Of a DNA stretch of 64,000 nucleotides, positions 37,300-51,622 are shown piece by piece (within the stretch, counting starts at the first letter, position 1; the number at the start of each line of letters is the position of its first letter). The DNA is taken from the NCBI GenBank assembly GCA_950097015.1, contig CATNEN010000039.1, forward strand, positions 17,236,001 to 17,300,000, read 5' to 3'. Under the pieces are notes generated by a model. The model saw only the letters and a list, made by a program, of their open reading frames with translations, made no database searches and was not told the DNA's origin. A program made the position numbers and the translations under genes. Source of the DNA: Macrostomum hystrix. Its lineage: Eukaryota; Animalia; Platyhelminthes.

Positions 37300-38060
37300 A
37301 GGAAAAGAGAAGAGAGGAAAGAGTAGAGAGGAGAAAGGAGAGTCGAGAAAGGAGACAGGAGAGAGAAGAGAGGAGAGAGGAGAAAGGAGAGACGAGAAAG
37401 GAGACAGGAGAGAGGAGACAGGAGAGAGGAGACAGGTGAGAGGAGACAGGAGAGAGGAGACAGGTGAGAGGAGATGGGAGAGAGGAGACAGGAGAGAGGA
37501 GAGTGGAGAGAGGAGACGGGAGAGAGGAGACAGGAGAGAGAAGAGAGGAGAGAGGAGATGGGAGAGAGGAGACAGGAGAGAGGAGAGTGGAGAGAGGAGA
37601 CCGGAGAGAGGGGAGACAGGAGAGAGAAGAGAGGGTAGAGGAGATGGGAGAGAGGAGACAGGTGAGAGGAGACAGGTGAGAGGAGACAGGTGAGAGGAGA
37701 CAGGAGAGAGGAGACAGGAGAGAGGAGAGAGGAGACAGGAGAGAGGAGAGAGGAGATGGGAGAGAGGAGACAGGAGAGAGGAGAGAGGAGACAGGAGAGA
37801 GGAGAGTGGAGAGAGGAGACCGGAGAGAGGGGAGACAGGAGAGAGAAGAGAGGGTAGAGGAGATGGGAGAGAGGAGACAGGTGAGAGGAGTGAGAGGAGA
37901 CAGGTGAGAGGAGACAGGTGAGAGGAGACAGGAGAGAGGAGACAGGAGAGAGGAGAGAGGAGACAGGAGAGAGGAGACAGGAGAGAGGAGAGAGGAGACA
38001 GGAGAGAGGAGACGGGAGACGGGAGAGAGGAGACGGGAGAGAGGAGAGAGGAGACACTAG
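37300..38060. repeat. Polypurine 7/14-bp repeat (GGAGACAGGAGAGA)
   Basis: Direct reading. Confidence 0.9.
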
Positions 38061-38598
38061 AGTGGAGAGAAAGGAGAGGGGAAGGCGGAAAGTAAGTAGA
38101 TAAACTGTGAAATCTTTATTGCAGAAACCGATTCTGGTACAGAGTCAGGATTTGAAGTGCTTACAATTGACACACTCAAAACTGCCACAGCCGATTCGCA
38201 TTATCTAAAACAGATTCAACTTTAAGTTGTACTCAAGTTGGTTTTTCAAATAAAAAGGCTAAGTTGAAAGTGACAGAAATTTTATTATTTTAGTATTCTA
38301 GAACCACAACTACATTTTTTCTTCTCTCTTCTCTTGACGTTAAGATTAACAAATCTTGTCCTAGTTTTCTTAATCCATTCTAATCTTTGCTTGAGTCTGT
38401 ACTCATTCATCGAGAGTAGATTGTTGAGTAGATTGATGGAAACGAAAAACTAAGATATTTGAACTGGATGTATTAGTGATATTAACTAATACAATTATAG
38501 GACAGTCAAATCCTAGAAGATGCGTTCAACAAACACATTCAATGGACCTCAATTTGAGTGAAAATATTGGCTTCATTTAGATAGACTTAGATAGCATC

Positions 38599-39645
38599 CA
38601 GGTAGCACACTGGTTAATCTAGGGTAATACAGGTAGCACACTGATTAATCTAGGTTAATACAGGTAGCACACTGGTTAATCTAGGGTAATACGGGTAGCA
38701 CACTGATTAATCTAGGGTAATACAGGTAGCACACTGATTAATCTAGGTTAATACAGGTAGCACACTGATTAATCTAGGGTAATACAGGTAGCACACTGAT
38801 TAATCTAGGGTAATACAGGTAGCACACTGGTTAATCTAGGGTAATACAGGTAGCACACTGATTAATCTAGGGTAATACAGGTAGCACACTGGTTAATCTA
38901 GGGTAATACAGGTAGCACACTGATTAATCTAGGGTAATACAGGTAGCACACTGATTAATCTAGGGTAATACATGTAGCACACTGATTAATCTAGGGTAAT
39001 ACGGGTAGCACACTGATTAATCTAGGGTAATACAGGTAGCACACTGGTTAATCTAGGGTAATACGGGTAGCACACTGATTAATCTAGGTTAATACAGGTA
39101 GCACACTGGTTAATCTAGGGTAATACATGTAGCACACTGATTAATCTAGGGTAATACAGGTAGCACACTGATTAATCTAGGGTAATACAGGTAGCACACT
39201 GGTTAATCTAGGCTAATACAGGTAGCACACTGGTTAATCTAGGGTAATACAGGTAGCACACTGGATAATCTAGGGTAATACAGGTAGCACACTGCTTAAT
39301 CTAGGGTAATACAGGTAGCACACTGATTAATCTAGGGTAATACAGGTAGCACACTGGTTAATCTAGTGTAATACAGGTAGCACACTGTATAATCTAGGGT
39401 AATACAGGTAGCACACTGATTAATCTAGGGTAATACAGGTAGCACACTGATTAATCTAGGGTAATACAGGTAGCACACTGGTTAATCTAGGGTAATACAG
39501 GTAGCACACTGAATAATCTAGGGTAATACAGGTAGCACACTGGTTAATCTAGGGTAATACAGGTAGCACACTGATTAATCTAGGGTAATACAGGTAGCAC
39601 ACTGGTTAATCTAGGGTAATACAGGTAGCACACAGATTAATCTAG
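38599..39645. repeat. Minisatellite, 31-bp unit AGGTAGCACACTGATTAATCTAGGGTAATAC, ~33 copies
   Basis: Units start at 38631 and 38662. Confidence 0.95.
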
Positions 39646-40152
39646 AGTAGCTAGTACATTATAGCTAGTAACATCTGGTAATACAGGTGAAATATTCAGT
39701 AAAACAAGTTAAAACAGTTAGCATACACTTTCATGCTAAACAAGTCACCAAAAAACTTCTCATTTGAAAATTGATTAACTTTATTCACTTTAGAATGCTA
39801 GGGGTATTTTTGTTGGCGAAATTTTTTTTCAATTCCTACTTCGTAGAATTTTAGCTTTTCAAAAGTTCCGAAATTTTAAGTATAACTTTACAAACACGTA
39901 GTTACCTATCACTTGTGATGTGCAGCCAAACATTCTGCAGGCATACGACCTAACTGTAGCACATTTCAGTGTCTTCTGCTTTTTTCCTAGTTGAGACTGG
40001 CCTACAACTTTCTCCATGACTGGTTAATTAAAAAAGCTCGCTTATTGTAGCGATTTCGCTGCGAAACTGTTGCGAAACTTGCTTTTTCAAGAACTGAAGC
40101 TGACAGAAAATGTATTGAAACTGGAATTCACATTCGCTACTGTTAAACAAAC

Positions 40153-42110
40153 GTGTCACCAGTTGGTCATAGTTGTGTCACCTGTTATATTGGTCATTGA
40201 TTGTGTTACCTGTTGTATTGGTCATTGATTGTGTCACCTGTAATATTGGTCATGGATTGTGTTACCTGTTATATTGGTCATTGATTGTGTCACCTGTTAT
40301 ATTGGTCATGGATTGTGTCACCTGTTATATTGGTCATTGATTGTGTCACCTGTTGTATTGGACATAGTTGTGTCACCTGTTATATTGGTCATTGATTGTG
40401 TCACCTGTTATATTGGTCATGGATTGTGTCACCTGTTATGTTGGTCATTGATTGTGTCACCTGTTGTATTGGTCATGGATTGTGTCACCTGTTATATTGG
40501 TCATTGATTGTGTCACCTGTTATATTGGTCATTGATTGTGTCACCTGTTATATTGGTCATGGATTGTGTCACCTGTTATGTTGGTCATTGATTGTGTCAC
40601 CTGTTGTATTGGTCATGGATTGTGTCACCTGTTATATTGGTCATTGATTGTGTCACATGTTATATTGGTCATGGATTGTGTCACCTGTTATATTGGTCAT
40701 TGATTGTGTTACCTGTTGTATTGGTCATTGATTGTGTCACCTGTTATATTGGTCATTGATTGTGTCACCTGTTATATTGGTCATGGATTGTGTCACCTGT
40801 TATATTGGTCATTGATTGTGTTACCTGTTATATTGGTCATGGATTGTGTCACCTGTTATATTGGTCATTGATTGTGTTACCTGTTATATTGGTCATAGTT
40901 GTGTCACCTGTTATATTGGTCATGGATTGTGTCACCTGTTGTATTGGTCATGGATTGTGTTACCTGTTGTATTGGTCATTGATTGTGTTACCTGTTGTAT
41001 TGGTCATGGATTGTGTCACCTGTTGTATTGGTCATTGATTGTGTCACCTGTTATATTGGTCATTGATTGTGTCACCTGTTATATTGGTCATGGATTGTGT
41101 CACCTGTTGTATTGGTCATGGATTGTGTCACCTGTTATATTGGTCATTGATTGTGTCGCCTGTTATATTGGTCATTGATTGTGTCACCTGTTATATTGGT
41201 CATTGATTGTGTCACATGTTATATTGGTCATGGATTGTGTCACCTGTTGTATTGGTCATGGATTGTGTTACCTGTTGTATTGGTCATTGATTGTGTTACC
41301 TGTTGTATTGGTCATGGATTGTGTCACCTGTTGTATTGGTCATGGATTGTGTTACCTGTTGTATTGGTCATGGATTGTGTCACCTGTTGTATTGGTCATT
41401 GATTGTGTCACCTGTTATATTGGTCATTGATTGTGTCACCTGTTATATTGGTCATGGATTGTGTCACCTGTTATATTGGTCATGGATTGTGTCACCTGTT
41501 GTATTGGTCATGGATTGTGTCACCTGTTATATTGGTCATTGATTGTGTCACCTGTTATATTGGTCATGGATTGTGTCACCTGTTATATTGGTCATTGATT
41601 GTGTCACCTGTTATATTGGTCATTGATTGTGTCACATGTTATATTGGTCATGGATTGTGTCACCTGTTGTATTGGTCATTGATTGTGTCACCTGTTATAT
41701 TGGTCATTGATTGTGTCACATGTTATATTGGTCATGGATTGTGTCACCTGTTGTATTGGTCATGGATTGTGTCACCTGTTATATTGGTCATTGATTGTGT
41801 CACATGTTATATTGGTCATTGATTGTGTCACCTGTTATATTGGTCATGGATTGTGTCACCTGTTGTATTGGTCATGGATTGTGTCACCTATTATATTGGT
41901 CATTGATTGTGTCACCTGTTATATTGGTCATGGATTGTGTCACCTGTTATATTGGTCATGGATTGTGTCACCTGTTGTATTGGTCATTGATTGTGTTACC
42001 TGTTGTATTGGTCATGGATTGTGTCACCTGTTATATTGGTCATTGATTGTGTCACCTGTTATATTGGTCATTGATTGTGTCACCTGTTATATTGGTCATT
42101 AGTTGCGTCA
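40153..42110. repeat. Minisatellite, 28-bp unit TGTCACCTGTTATATTGGTCATTGATTG, ~70 copies
   Basis: Tandem periodicity. Confidence 0.95.
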
Positions 42111-42771
42111 CAGATTTTTCCCAGGTTGTTTTAGTTTTAGCCATGAATCTATTTTCCTTTTTTTCGTTTTTTTGCAACGTTTTCACATCCTTTTTGGCTG
42201 CATTACGAGCAGGTTGCGGTTGAGAATAGCAAATTGTTAAAAATTCTCAAAAGAAAGAATGAGATACAGTTATTAATACAGATATCTAACAATGTTATTA
42301 CTCTTATGTACTAATTTAGGAACCATTCGTTAGGTTTGCCGCACAGCCAGTAAAATACTAAAAAAACTCAAGTACTCAAAACACTATTCGAATCCAATAT
42401 AACTATGATAAACAATAAAAAAGACAAATATACAACAGGTCAACTTACCAACTAACAGGCAGCTAAAGTACAATAGACAGACCGAGAGATATTTCACAAA
42501 ATGTTTAGTACAGCAATAGCAAGCCATAATAACTTTTCAGTAGCCTAAAGAGAATTTATTTTGCAAGATGGCTCTCCTTGATCACAATTCAGCGACTGAG
42601 AGCTGAAATTCATCTATACATCTATAAGGATCTGGCCAGTCACAGGTACTAGCCAATCAGCAACGACCACGAGGCTGGAGTTTCATCGCTAGAATGCTGC
42701 TTATTGGTTGATTGCCGCGTCAGCTGCAACGGAACACCAGTTTCCTTCAGGATCAGATCAAGATCACAGCT

Positions 42772-43673
42772 TGACGGATCTGACATGATTGACAGCTGAT
42801 GTACTGACGGATCTGACATGATTGAGATTGACAGCTGATGCACTGACAGATCTGACATGATTGACAGCTGATGTACTGAAGGATCTGAAATGATTGACAG
42901 CTGATGCACTGACGGATCTGACATGATTGACAGCTGATGTGCTGAAGGATCTGAAATGATTGACAGCTGATGTACTGACAGATCTGACATGATTGACAGC
43001 TGATGCACTGACAGATCTGACATAATTGACAGCTGATGTACTGACAGATCTGACATAATTGACAGCTGATGCACTGACAGATCTGACATGATTGACAGCT
43101 GATGCACTGACAGATCTGACATGATTGACAGCTGATGCACTGACAGATCTGACATAATTGACAGCTGATGTACTGACAGATCTGACATGATTGCCAGCTG
43201 ATGTACTGAAGGATCTGACATGATTGACAGCTGATGTACTGACAGATCTGACATGATTGACAGCTGATGTACTGAAGGATCTGACATGATTGACAGCTGA
43301 TGTACTGACAGATCTGATATGATTGACAGCTGATGCACTGACAGATCTGACATGATTGACAGCTGATGTGCTGACAGATCTGACATGATTGAGATTGACA
43401 GCTGATGCACTGACAGATCTGACATGATTGACAGCTGATGCACTGACAGATCTGACATGATTGACAGCTGATGCACACTGAAGGATCTGACATGATTGAC
43501 AGCTGATGTACTGACGGATCTGACATGATTGACAGCTGATGTGACGGATCTGACATGATTGACAGCTGATGTGCTGACAGATCTGACATGATTGACAGCT
43601 GATGTGCTGACAGATCTGACATGATTGACAGCTGATGTACTGACAGATCTGACATGATTGACAGCTGATGTAC
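42772..43673. repeat. Minisatellite, 33-bp unit CTGACAGATCTGACATGATTGACAGCTGATGTA, ~27 copies
   Basis: Tandem periodicity; 11-aa repeat ORFs. Confidence 0.95.
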
Positions 43674-44229
43674 ATTACTGGCTGATCTATGAATTCTTAA
43701 GAATCCGGTTATAAAACGAAAATGATTATTGTGTCATCACTTACTTATTTTTTCTTTACTTTATAACTAATAGATATTTCTGCAAACCTGGCATATCGAA
43801 ATCAAAATACTTATTTTGATTTTTTGTTCTCAGTTTCGTACATAAAATCGTGTCAAACAAGCTTCATTTGGTACGTTTAGCGTTCTTAAAAAGAACTCTT
43901 TAGGTTATCTCAAATTTGCAGTAAAAATTAGCTCAATCGACTGGATGTCAGATAATTCCCACGCCCACGTCAAAGCGCAGAAAATATAAATGGAAAAGAA
44001 GTTATTAAACTATGAAGAGGCCGTTCTCTCTGATCATTTTTCTGAATCAGTGCGTGATATACTCGCTGTATTAACGAATTTATCACGACTTCTCATTCAC
44101 AGGAAGCCAGTCACGATTCTATTATTTCGTCAGTTTTTTTACATTTTGCTTTGATCTTTATGCCGGAAATAAAAACGACTTTATGTTTTGTTTTTTTGTC
44201 ACTTATTCTCACCCCTTCTCTATCGAAAT

Positions 44230-44555
44230 CTCACTTAATCTCACACTTATAATTCTCAATCTCACCCAATATCACCCTTATATTTCTCAATCTCACTCAA
44301 TTTCACGCTTATATTTCTCAGTCTCACTCAATTTCACGCTTATATTTCTCAGTCTCACTCAATTTCACGCTTATATTTCTCAGTCTCACTCAATCTCACC
44401 CCTCTATTGCTATGTGTCACTCAATCTCACCCCTCTATTGCTATGTGTCACTCAATCTCACCCCTCTATTGCTATGTGTCACTCAATCTCACCCCTCTAT
44501 TGCTATGTGTCACTCAATCTCACCCCTCTATTGCTATGTGTCACTCAATCTCACC
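44230..44555. repeat. Short ~31-bp minisatellite with two successive unit variants (…TCACTCAATYTCAC…)
   Basis: Direct reading. Confidence 0.85.
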
Positions 44556-45046
44556 CATTCTATGAAATCTTGTCTATTTGACTGTGCAATCAGACTAGGC
44601 TAATTTGCAGCACACATTCTCTAGCTATTCATGCCCAGCATCCACTCCTGAAATAATCAAATTTTCTTTCGCGACCAAAGCAGAAACTTAACAGTAGAAA
44701 GCGGAACGCAACTGACGGCAATCTATTTGACCCAGCAACGTCTGCTGCCGCACAACAGACTCCTGTTAAAAAATAACCCGGCAATCCCCAGAAACTGTAT
44801 TCCAGGAAACAGGCCTGCGTTCTAAGAAAGCGCTGAAAAAGAAGATTAGCAAGGAAACTCGGACACTCAAGCAATAAATTGTCCAACGAGAAGTTCTTTT
44901 CAAAACATCTATAGGCGCGTTAACTTTGTAGTTTTTCCTGCTTCTATCCGGTTGCTAACCGAACAATTATATCGATTGATTTGTATTCGTTTCTGACAAT
45001 TATAACTCATTTTATCAACCTTTTACACCCACTGTCTACCCTGCAC

Positions 45047-45280
45047 AGGGGATGACTGGCAGAGCGGTCATTTACCTCTCGCACCAATGTCCGTGACTTC
45101 AATTCCACGGCGAGGCCACATTCATTTGGGGCGCAGCCGCGGAGAGTAGGCCTAGAAACTTGTCGTGCAATTTACACCCTTAAGGGCCAACTTCTAAGGA
45201 ACAGTGAGAGTGTACACTGCCAGACCATGAGAAATTCAGGGCAGATGTACACACCTGCGTGAGCGTGTGCCTGCGTAAAG
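45047..45280 (+). mobile_element. tRNA-derived SINE, 5' two-thirds (3'-truncated)
   Basis: GGGGATGACTGGCAGAGCGGTC head; body CACATTCATTTGGGGCGCAGCCGCGGAGAG...CAGGGCAGATGTACACACCTG matches the family. Confidence 0.85.
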
Positions 45281-45288
45281 TTTCTATC

Positions 45289-45985
45289 TACTGTCTAAAC
45301 CCACTGTCTAACCCACACACCCACTGTCAAACCCACACACCCACTGTCTACCTCACATACCCACTGTCTACCCCTCACACCCACTGTCTACCCCTCACAC
45401 TCACTGTCTACCTCTCACACCCACTGTCTACCCCTCACACCCACTGTCTACCCCTCACACTCACTGTCTACCCCTCACACCCACTGTCTGCCCCTCACAC
45501 CCACTGTCTACCCCTCACACCCACTGTCTAACCCACACACCCACTGTCTAACCCACACACCCACTGTCTAACCCACACACCCACTGTCTACCCCTCACAC
45601 TCACTGTCTACCCCTCACACCCACTGTCTACCCTTCCCACCCACTATCTACCCCTCACACTCACTGTCTACCCCTCACACCCACTGTCTACCCCTCACAC
45701 CCACTGTCTACCCCTCACACCCACTGTCTACCCCTCACACCCACTTTCTACCCCTCACACCCACTTTCTACCCCTCACACCCACTGTCTACCCCTCACAC
45801 CCACTGTCTACCCCTCACACCCACTGTCTACCCCTCACACCCACTGTCTACCCCTCACACCCACTGTCTACCCCTCACACCCACTGTCTACCCCTCACAC
45901 CCACTGTCTACCCCTCACACCCACTGTCTACCCCTCACACCCACTGTCTACCCCTCACACTCACTGTCTACCCCTCACACCCACT
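45289..45985. repeat. Minisatellite, 20-bp unit CCACTGTCTACCCCTCACAC, ~35 copies
   Basis: 20-bp register. Confidence 0.95.
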
Positions 45986-46029
45986 CTCTGCCTATATTCG
46001 TTTATCATGTCACATTAATAAGGATGTGC

Positions 46030-46195
46030 ACTGGAACATGATTTGGTGACACCAGACCCGCAGCCAGTGAGGAGGCAATTCTGCCCATTCCGCTGACTCC
46101 TGAGCTCACAGGTGTGTACACCTGCCCAGTGTGCACTCTAACTGTGTCTTTCAGGTTGGCCCTTGAGGACGTACATTACACGAAAGCCCCAAACG
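46030..46195 (-). mobile_element. Deleted SINE fragment (same family)
   Basis: CCAGACCCGCAGCCAG.GAGGAGGCAATTCTGCCCATTCCGCTGACTCCTGAGC...GGTTGGCCCT. Confidence 0.8.
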
Positions 46196-46695
46196 CGTTG
46201 GACCTACAAGATAGATATTTATTTATATAAAACTATTCAAGTTCCATAGACCAGAGAGGAAATCCGTTCAGTATCCTCCATCTGATAGTTAATATAACTA
46301 CAGGTAGCCTTCCAGCAGGTATTGCAATAGATAGATCCTTGTGCTACCTATAGAAACTTACCTGAACCAATTTTTGGACTTATAAGCCTCGGTTGCTGCT
46401 ACAGTTAGCACATAGATTAGGACGACCTGCAAGTCATCTTCGTCACTTCGTCACCTTACCTTAATGTTCTTTTCTAGTGCTATAAAATGTGTAACTCCCA
46501 CCTACTGTAATAAATCCATTGGTTTTAGACACTGTCTGTTCGACAAATGCAAAGCATCATCTAATACAAGCAACAGTGTAGATTATTTAACTCGCTTGCA
46601 AAAAAACAATAATGTGTCAGTGCTGGCGTGCAGCAATGCACAAAAGAGAAATATTTTGAGGCTTAAAAATTAAAGGGATGCATTGATAAGCGAAA

Positions 46696-48257
46696 TTACA
46701 GAGCCTGTATTTCTAGGATATTACAGAGCCTGTATTTCTAGGATATTACAGAGCCTGTATTTCTAGGATATTACAGAGCCTGTATTTCTAGGATATTACA
46801 GAGCCTGTATTTCTAGGATATTACAGAGCCTGTATTTGTAGGATATTACAGAGCCTGTATTTGTAGGATATTACAGAGCCTGTATTTGTAGGATATTACA
46901 GAGCCTTAATTGTAGGATATTACAGAGCCTGTATTTGTAGGATATTACAGAGCCTGTATTTCTAGGATATTACAGAGCCTGTATTTGCAGAATATTACAG
47001 AGCCTGTACTTCTAGGATATTACAGAGCCTGTATTTCTAGGATATTACAGAGCCTGTATTTGCAGAATATTACAGAGCCTGTATTTGTAGGATATTACAG
47101 AGCCTGTATTTCTAGGATATTACAGAGCCTGTATTTGTAGGATATTACAGAGCCTGTATTTGCAGAATATTACAGAGCCTGTATTTCTAGGATATTACAG
47201 AGCCTGTATTTGTAGGATATTACAGAGCCTGTATTTCTAGGATATTACAGAGCCTGTATTTGTAGGATATTACAGAGCCTGTATTTCTAGGATATTACAG
47301 AGCCTGTATTTCTAGGATATTACAGAGCCTGTATTTCTAGGATATTACAGAGCCTGTATTTCTAGGATATTACAGAGCCTGTATTTCTAGGATATTACAG
47401 AGCCTGTATTTCTAGGATATTACAGAGCCTGTATTTGTAGGATATTACAGAGCCTTTATTTGTAGGATATTACAGAGTCTGTATTTGTAGGATATTACAG
47501 AGTCTGTATTTGTAGGATATTACAGAGCCTTTATTTGTAGGATATTACAGAGCCTGTATTTCTAGGATATTACAGAGCCTGTATTTCTAGGATATAACAG
47601 AGTCTGTATTTCTAGGATATTACAGAGCCTTTATTTCTAGGATATTACAGAGCCTGTATTTCTAGGATATTACAGAGCCTTTATTTCTAGGATATTACAG
47701 AGCCTTTATTTCTAGGATATTACAGAGCCTTTATTTCTAGGATATTACAGAGCCTGTATTTGTAGGATATTACAGAGCCTTTATTTGTAGGATATTACAG
47801 AGCCTGTATTTGTAGGATATTACAGAGCCTGTATTTCTAGGATATTACAGAGTCTGTATTTGTAGGATATTACAGAGCCTGTATTTCTAGGATATTACAG
47901 AGTCTGTATTTGTAGGATATTACAGAGTCTGTATTTGTAGGATATTACAGAGCCTTCATTTGTAGGATATTACAGAGTCTGTATTTGTAGGATATTACAG
48001 AGTCTGTATTTGTAGGATATTACAGAGCCTTTATTTGTAGGATATTACAGAGCCTGTATTTCTAGGATATTACAGAGCCTGTATTTCTAGGATATAACAG
48101 AGCCTGTATTTGTAGGATATTACAGGGCCTGTATTTGTAGGATATAACAGAGCCTGTATTTGTAGGATATTACAGAGCCTGTATTTGTAGGATATAACAG
48201 AGCCTGTATTTGTAGGATATAACAGAGCCTGTATTTGTAGGATATTACAGGGCCTGT
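46696..48257. repeat. Minisatellite, 25-bp unit TACAGAGCCTGTATTTSTAGGATAT, ~62 copies
   Basis: 25-bp periodicity; internal hairpin TACAG-agc-CTGTA. Confidence 0.95.
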
Positions 48258-48637
48258 AGTATGATTACTACAGGGTGCTATATTTCTGGATATGACGGGC
48301 ACGCTCAGAAAGCGCCTATCTTCATGTTGCTATCAAGGCAAAAGAGTAGTTCCATTCTATTTCAGTTCCTTGCTTTCATTTCCTGTGAATTTCATCAGTT
48401 CTGTGTGAGTTATGAGGCCTGAGCTGAATTGTTCATGAAGCCCAAATATTTATTCTTTTATAGCAGCACGAGCTACTGTCTGCGTTGTGGATTCACAAGA
48501 ATTTTCGTTAGTAGGAAATGGACCATTGGATTAAACTGATAGGATTTAGTGCAAACAGAACTACCACAGTCTTTTATCAATATCGCGTAATACTCATTAC
48601 ATATTTACTCAAGTTCAACTCTGCGGTTATCCTTATC

Positions 48638-50876
48638 CTACTCTCACTAGATATCACAGTGTATCCGCTCTCTACTCTCACTAGATATCACAGTGTATCC
48701 GCTCTCTACCCTCACTAGATATCACAGTGTATCCGCTCTCTACTCTCACTAGATATCACAGTGTATCCGCTCTCTACTCTCACTAGATATCACAGTGTAT
48801 CCGCTCTCTACTCTCACTAGATATCACAGTGTATCCGCTCTCTACTCTCACTAGATATCACAGTCTATCCGCTCTCTACTCTCACTAGATATCACAGTCT
48901 ATCCGCTCTCTACTCTCACTAGATATCACAGTCTATCCGCTCTCTACTCTCACTAGATATCACAGTGTATCCGCTCTCTACTCTCACTAGATATCACAGT
49001 CTATCCGCTCTCTACTCTCACTAGATATCACAGTCTATCCGCTCTCTACACTCACTAGATATCACAGTCTATCCGCTCTCTACTCTCACTAGATATCACA
49101 GTGTATCCGCTCTCTACACTCACTAGATATCACAGTCTATCCGCTCTCTACTCTCACTAGATATCACAGTCTATCCGCTCTCTACTCTCACTAGATATCA
49201 CAGTCTATCCGCTCTCTACTCTCACTAGATATCACAGTGTATCCGCTCTCTACTTTCACTAGATATCACAGTGTATCCGCTCTCTACTCTCACTAGATAT
49301 CACAGTCTATCCACTCTCTACTCTCACTAGATATCACAGTCTATCCGCTCTCTACTCTCACTAGATATCAGTCTATCCACTCTCTACTCTCACTAGATAT
49401 CAGTCTATCCGCTCTCTACTCTCACTAGATATCACAGTCTATCCGCTCTCTACTCTCACTAGATATCACAGTCTATCCGCTCTCTACTCTCACTAGATAT
49501 CACAGTCTATCCGCTCTCTACACTCACTAGATATCACAGTCTATCCGCTCTCTACTCTCACTAGATATCACAGTGTATCCGCTCTCTACTCTCACTAGAT
49601 ATCACAGTGTATCCGCTCTCTACTCTCACTAGATATCACAGTCTATCCGCTCTCTACTCTCACTAGATATCACAGTCTATCCGCTCTCTACTCTCACTAG
49701 ATATCACAGTCTATCCGCTCTCTACTCTCACTAGATATCACAGTGTATCCGCTCTCTACACTCACTAGATATCACAGTCTATCCGCTCTCTACACTCACT
49801 AGATATCACAGTGTATCCGCTCTCTACACTCACTAGATATCACAGTGTATCCGCTCTCTACTCTCACTAGATATCACAGTGTATCCGCTCTCTACTCTCA
49901 CTAGATATCACAGTGTATCCGCTCTCTACTCTCACTAGATATCACAGTCTATCCGCTCTCTACTCTCACTAGATATCACAGTCTATCCGCTCTCTACTCT
50001 CACTAGATATCACAGTGTATCCGCTCTCTACTCTCACTAGATATCACAGTGTATCCGCTCTCTACTCTCACTAGATATCACAGTGTATCCGCTCTCTACT
50101 CTCACTAGATATCACAGTCTATCCGCTCTCTACTCTCACTAGATATCACAGACCATCCGCTCTCTACACTCACTAGATATCACAGTGTATGCGCTCTCTA
50201 CACTCACTAGATATCACAGTGTATCCGCTCTCTACACTCACTAGATATCACAGTGTATCCGCTCTCTACTCTCACTAGATATCACAGTCTATCCGCTCTC
50301 TACTCTCACTAGATATCACAGTGTATCCGCTCTCTACACTCACTAGATATCACAGTCTATCCGCTCTCTACTCTCACTAGATATCACAGTCTATCCGCTC
50401 TCTACTCTCACTAGATATCACAGTCTATCCGCTCTCTACACTCACTAGATATCACAGTGTATCCGCTCTCTACACTCACTAGATATCACAGTGTATCCGC
50501 TCTCTACTCTCACTAGATATCACAGTGTATCCGCTCTCTACTCTCACTAGATATCACAGTCTATCCGCTCTCTACTCTCACTAGATATCACAGTGTATCC
50601 GCTCTCTACACTCACTAGATATCACAGTCTATCCGCTCTCTACTCTCACTAGATATCACAGTCTATCCGCTCTCTACTCTCACTAGATATCACAGTGTAT
50701 CCGCTCTCTACACTCACTAGATATCACAGTCTATCCGCTCTCTACTCTCACTAGATATCACAGTCTATCCGCTCTCTACTCTCACTAGATATCACAGTCT
50801 ATCCGCTCTCTACACTCACTAGATATCACAGACCATCCGCTCTCTACTCTCACTAGATATCACAGTGTATCCGCTC
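48638..50876. repeat. Minisatellite, 34-bp unit CTCTCACTAGATATCACAGTSTATCCGCTCTCTA, ~66 copies
   Basis: Units start at 48641 and 48675. Confidence 0.95.
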
Positions 50877-51402
50877 AAATATTAATAATATTAAGACTCC
50901 TTCCAGAAGAATACTATCGCTCACAATGTGCTGACATGACTGGGGTAATTCTGACATCAAGTGGAATTGTGTAGCACTATGATAGCAACGAAACGATGGC
51001 TAGGTGAATTCTTGTTTCGCATTTTCTGCCCCACTGTGTTATATCAACTTTGATTTCTTCTATATGCAAAGAAGACTTACAAGAATTGTATTCACACACA
51101 ATGCCTCAATGCGGTGGGGGGTTGAATGAGAATGAAGTGCGTCATCCACGCTCAGGAGTTGATGGATGATTCAGCTGTGGTTGGCAGAAGAAGTGTCTGC
51201 AACATATTGGGATTAGAAAACGTTAAGTTGAGATGGGATAGGGAATCTGATATACCATCAATGTTAAAGGTTTGTTCCCAAATTACCGATAGGATTAAAA
51301 TAACATCGAAAATCTCATTCGTTAACATTTTCCAAACACTTTTGAGCGGCCCTTATTAGGGCCGTTTTCAACGCTCTCAGATTTTCTGCACCTTCTTAAA
51401 TT

Positions 51403-51622
51403 GCAGGAGGCCTGCGGGCACCATGGCACATCACTTGGTGACGCTGGACCCGAAGCAAGCGAGGAGACAATTCTGCCCATTCCGCTGACTCCTAAGCACA
51501 CACTCGAGCAGGCGTGTACATCTGCCCGGACCTTCGCATCGTCATGCAGTGCACACACCCTCTGCCTTGGGTGTACTACACTACAAACCCCAAAGCTTTC
51601 TCTCAGCGGCTGCGCCCAAAAA
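51403..51622 (-). mobile_element. Diverged, internally deleted SINE copy (same family)
   Basis: ATGGCACATCA.TTGGT...GAGGAG.CAATTCTGCCCATTCCGCTGACTCC...GCGGCTGCGCCCAAA. Confidence 0.8.

Noticed and set aside
17092-39645. ACAG|GTAG motifs in the 17.1 and 38.6 kb arrays as recursive splice sites
   Set aside because: They are on the + strand, antisense to the only gene spanning or near them.
4373-50876. 25-35-bp repeats as CRISPR arrays
   Set aside because: Units are head-to-tail with no unique spacers, there are no cas genes, and the context is eukaryotic and intronic.
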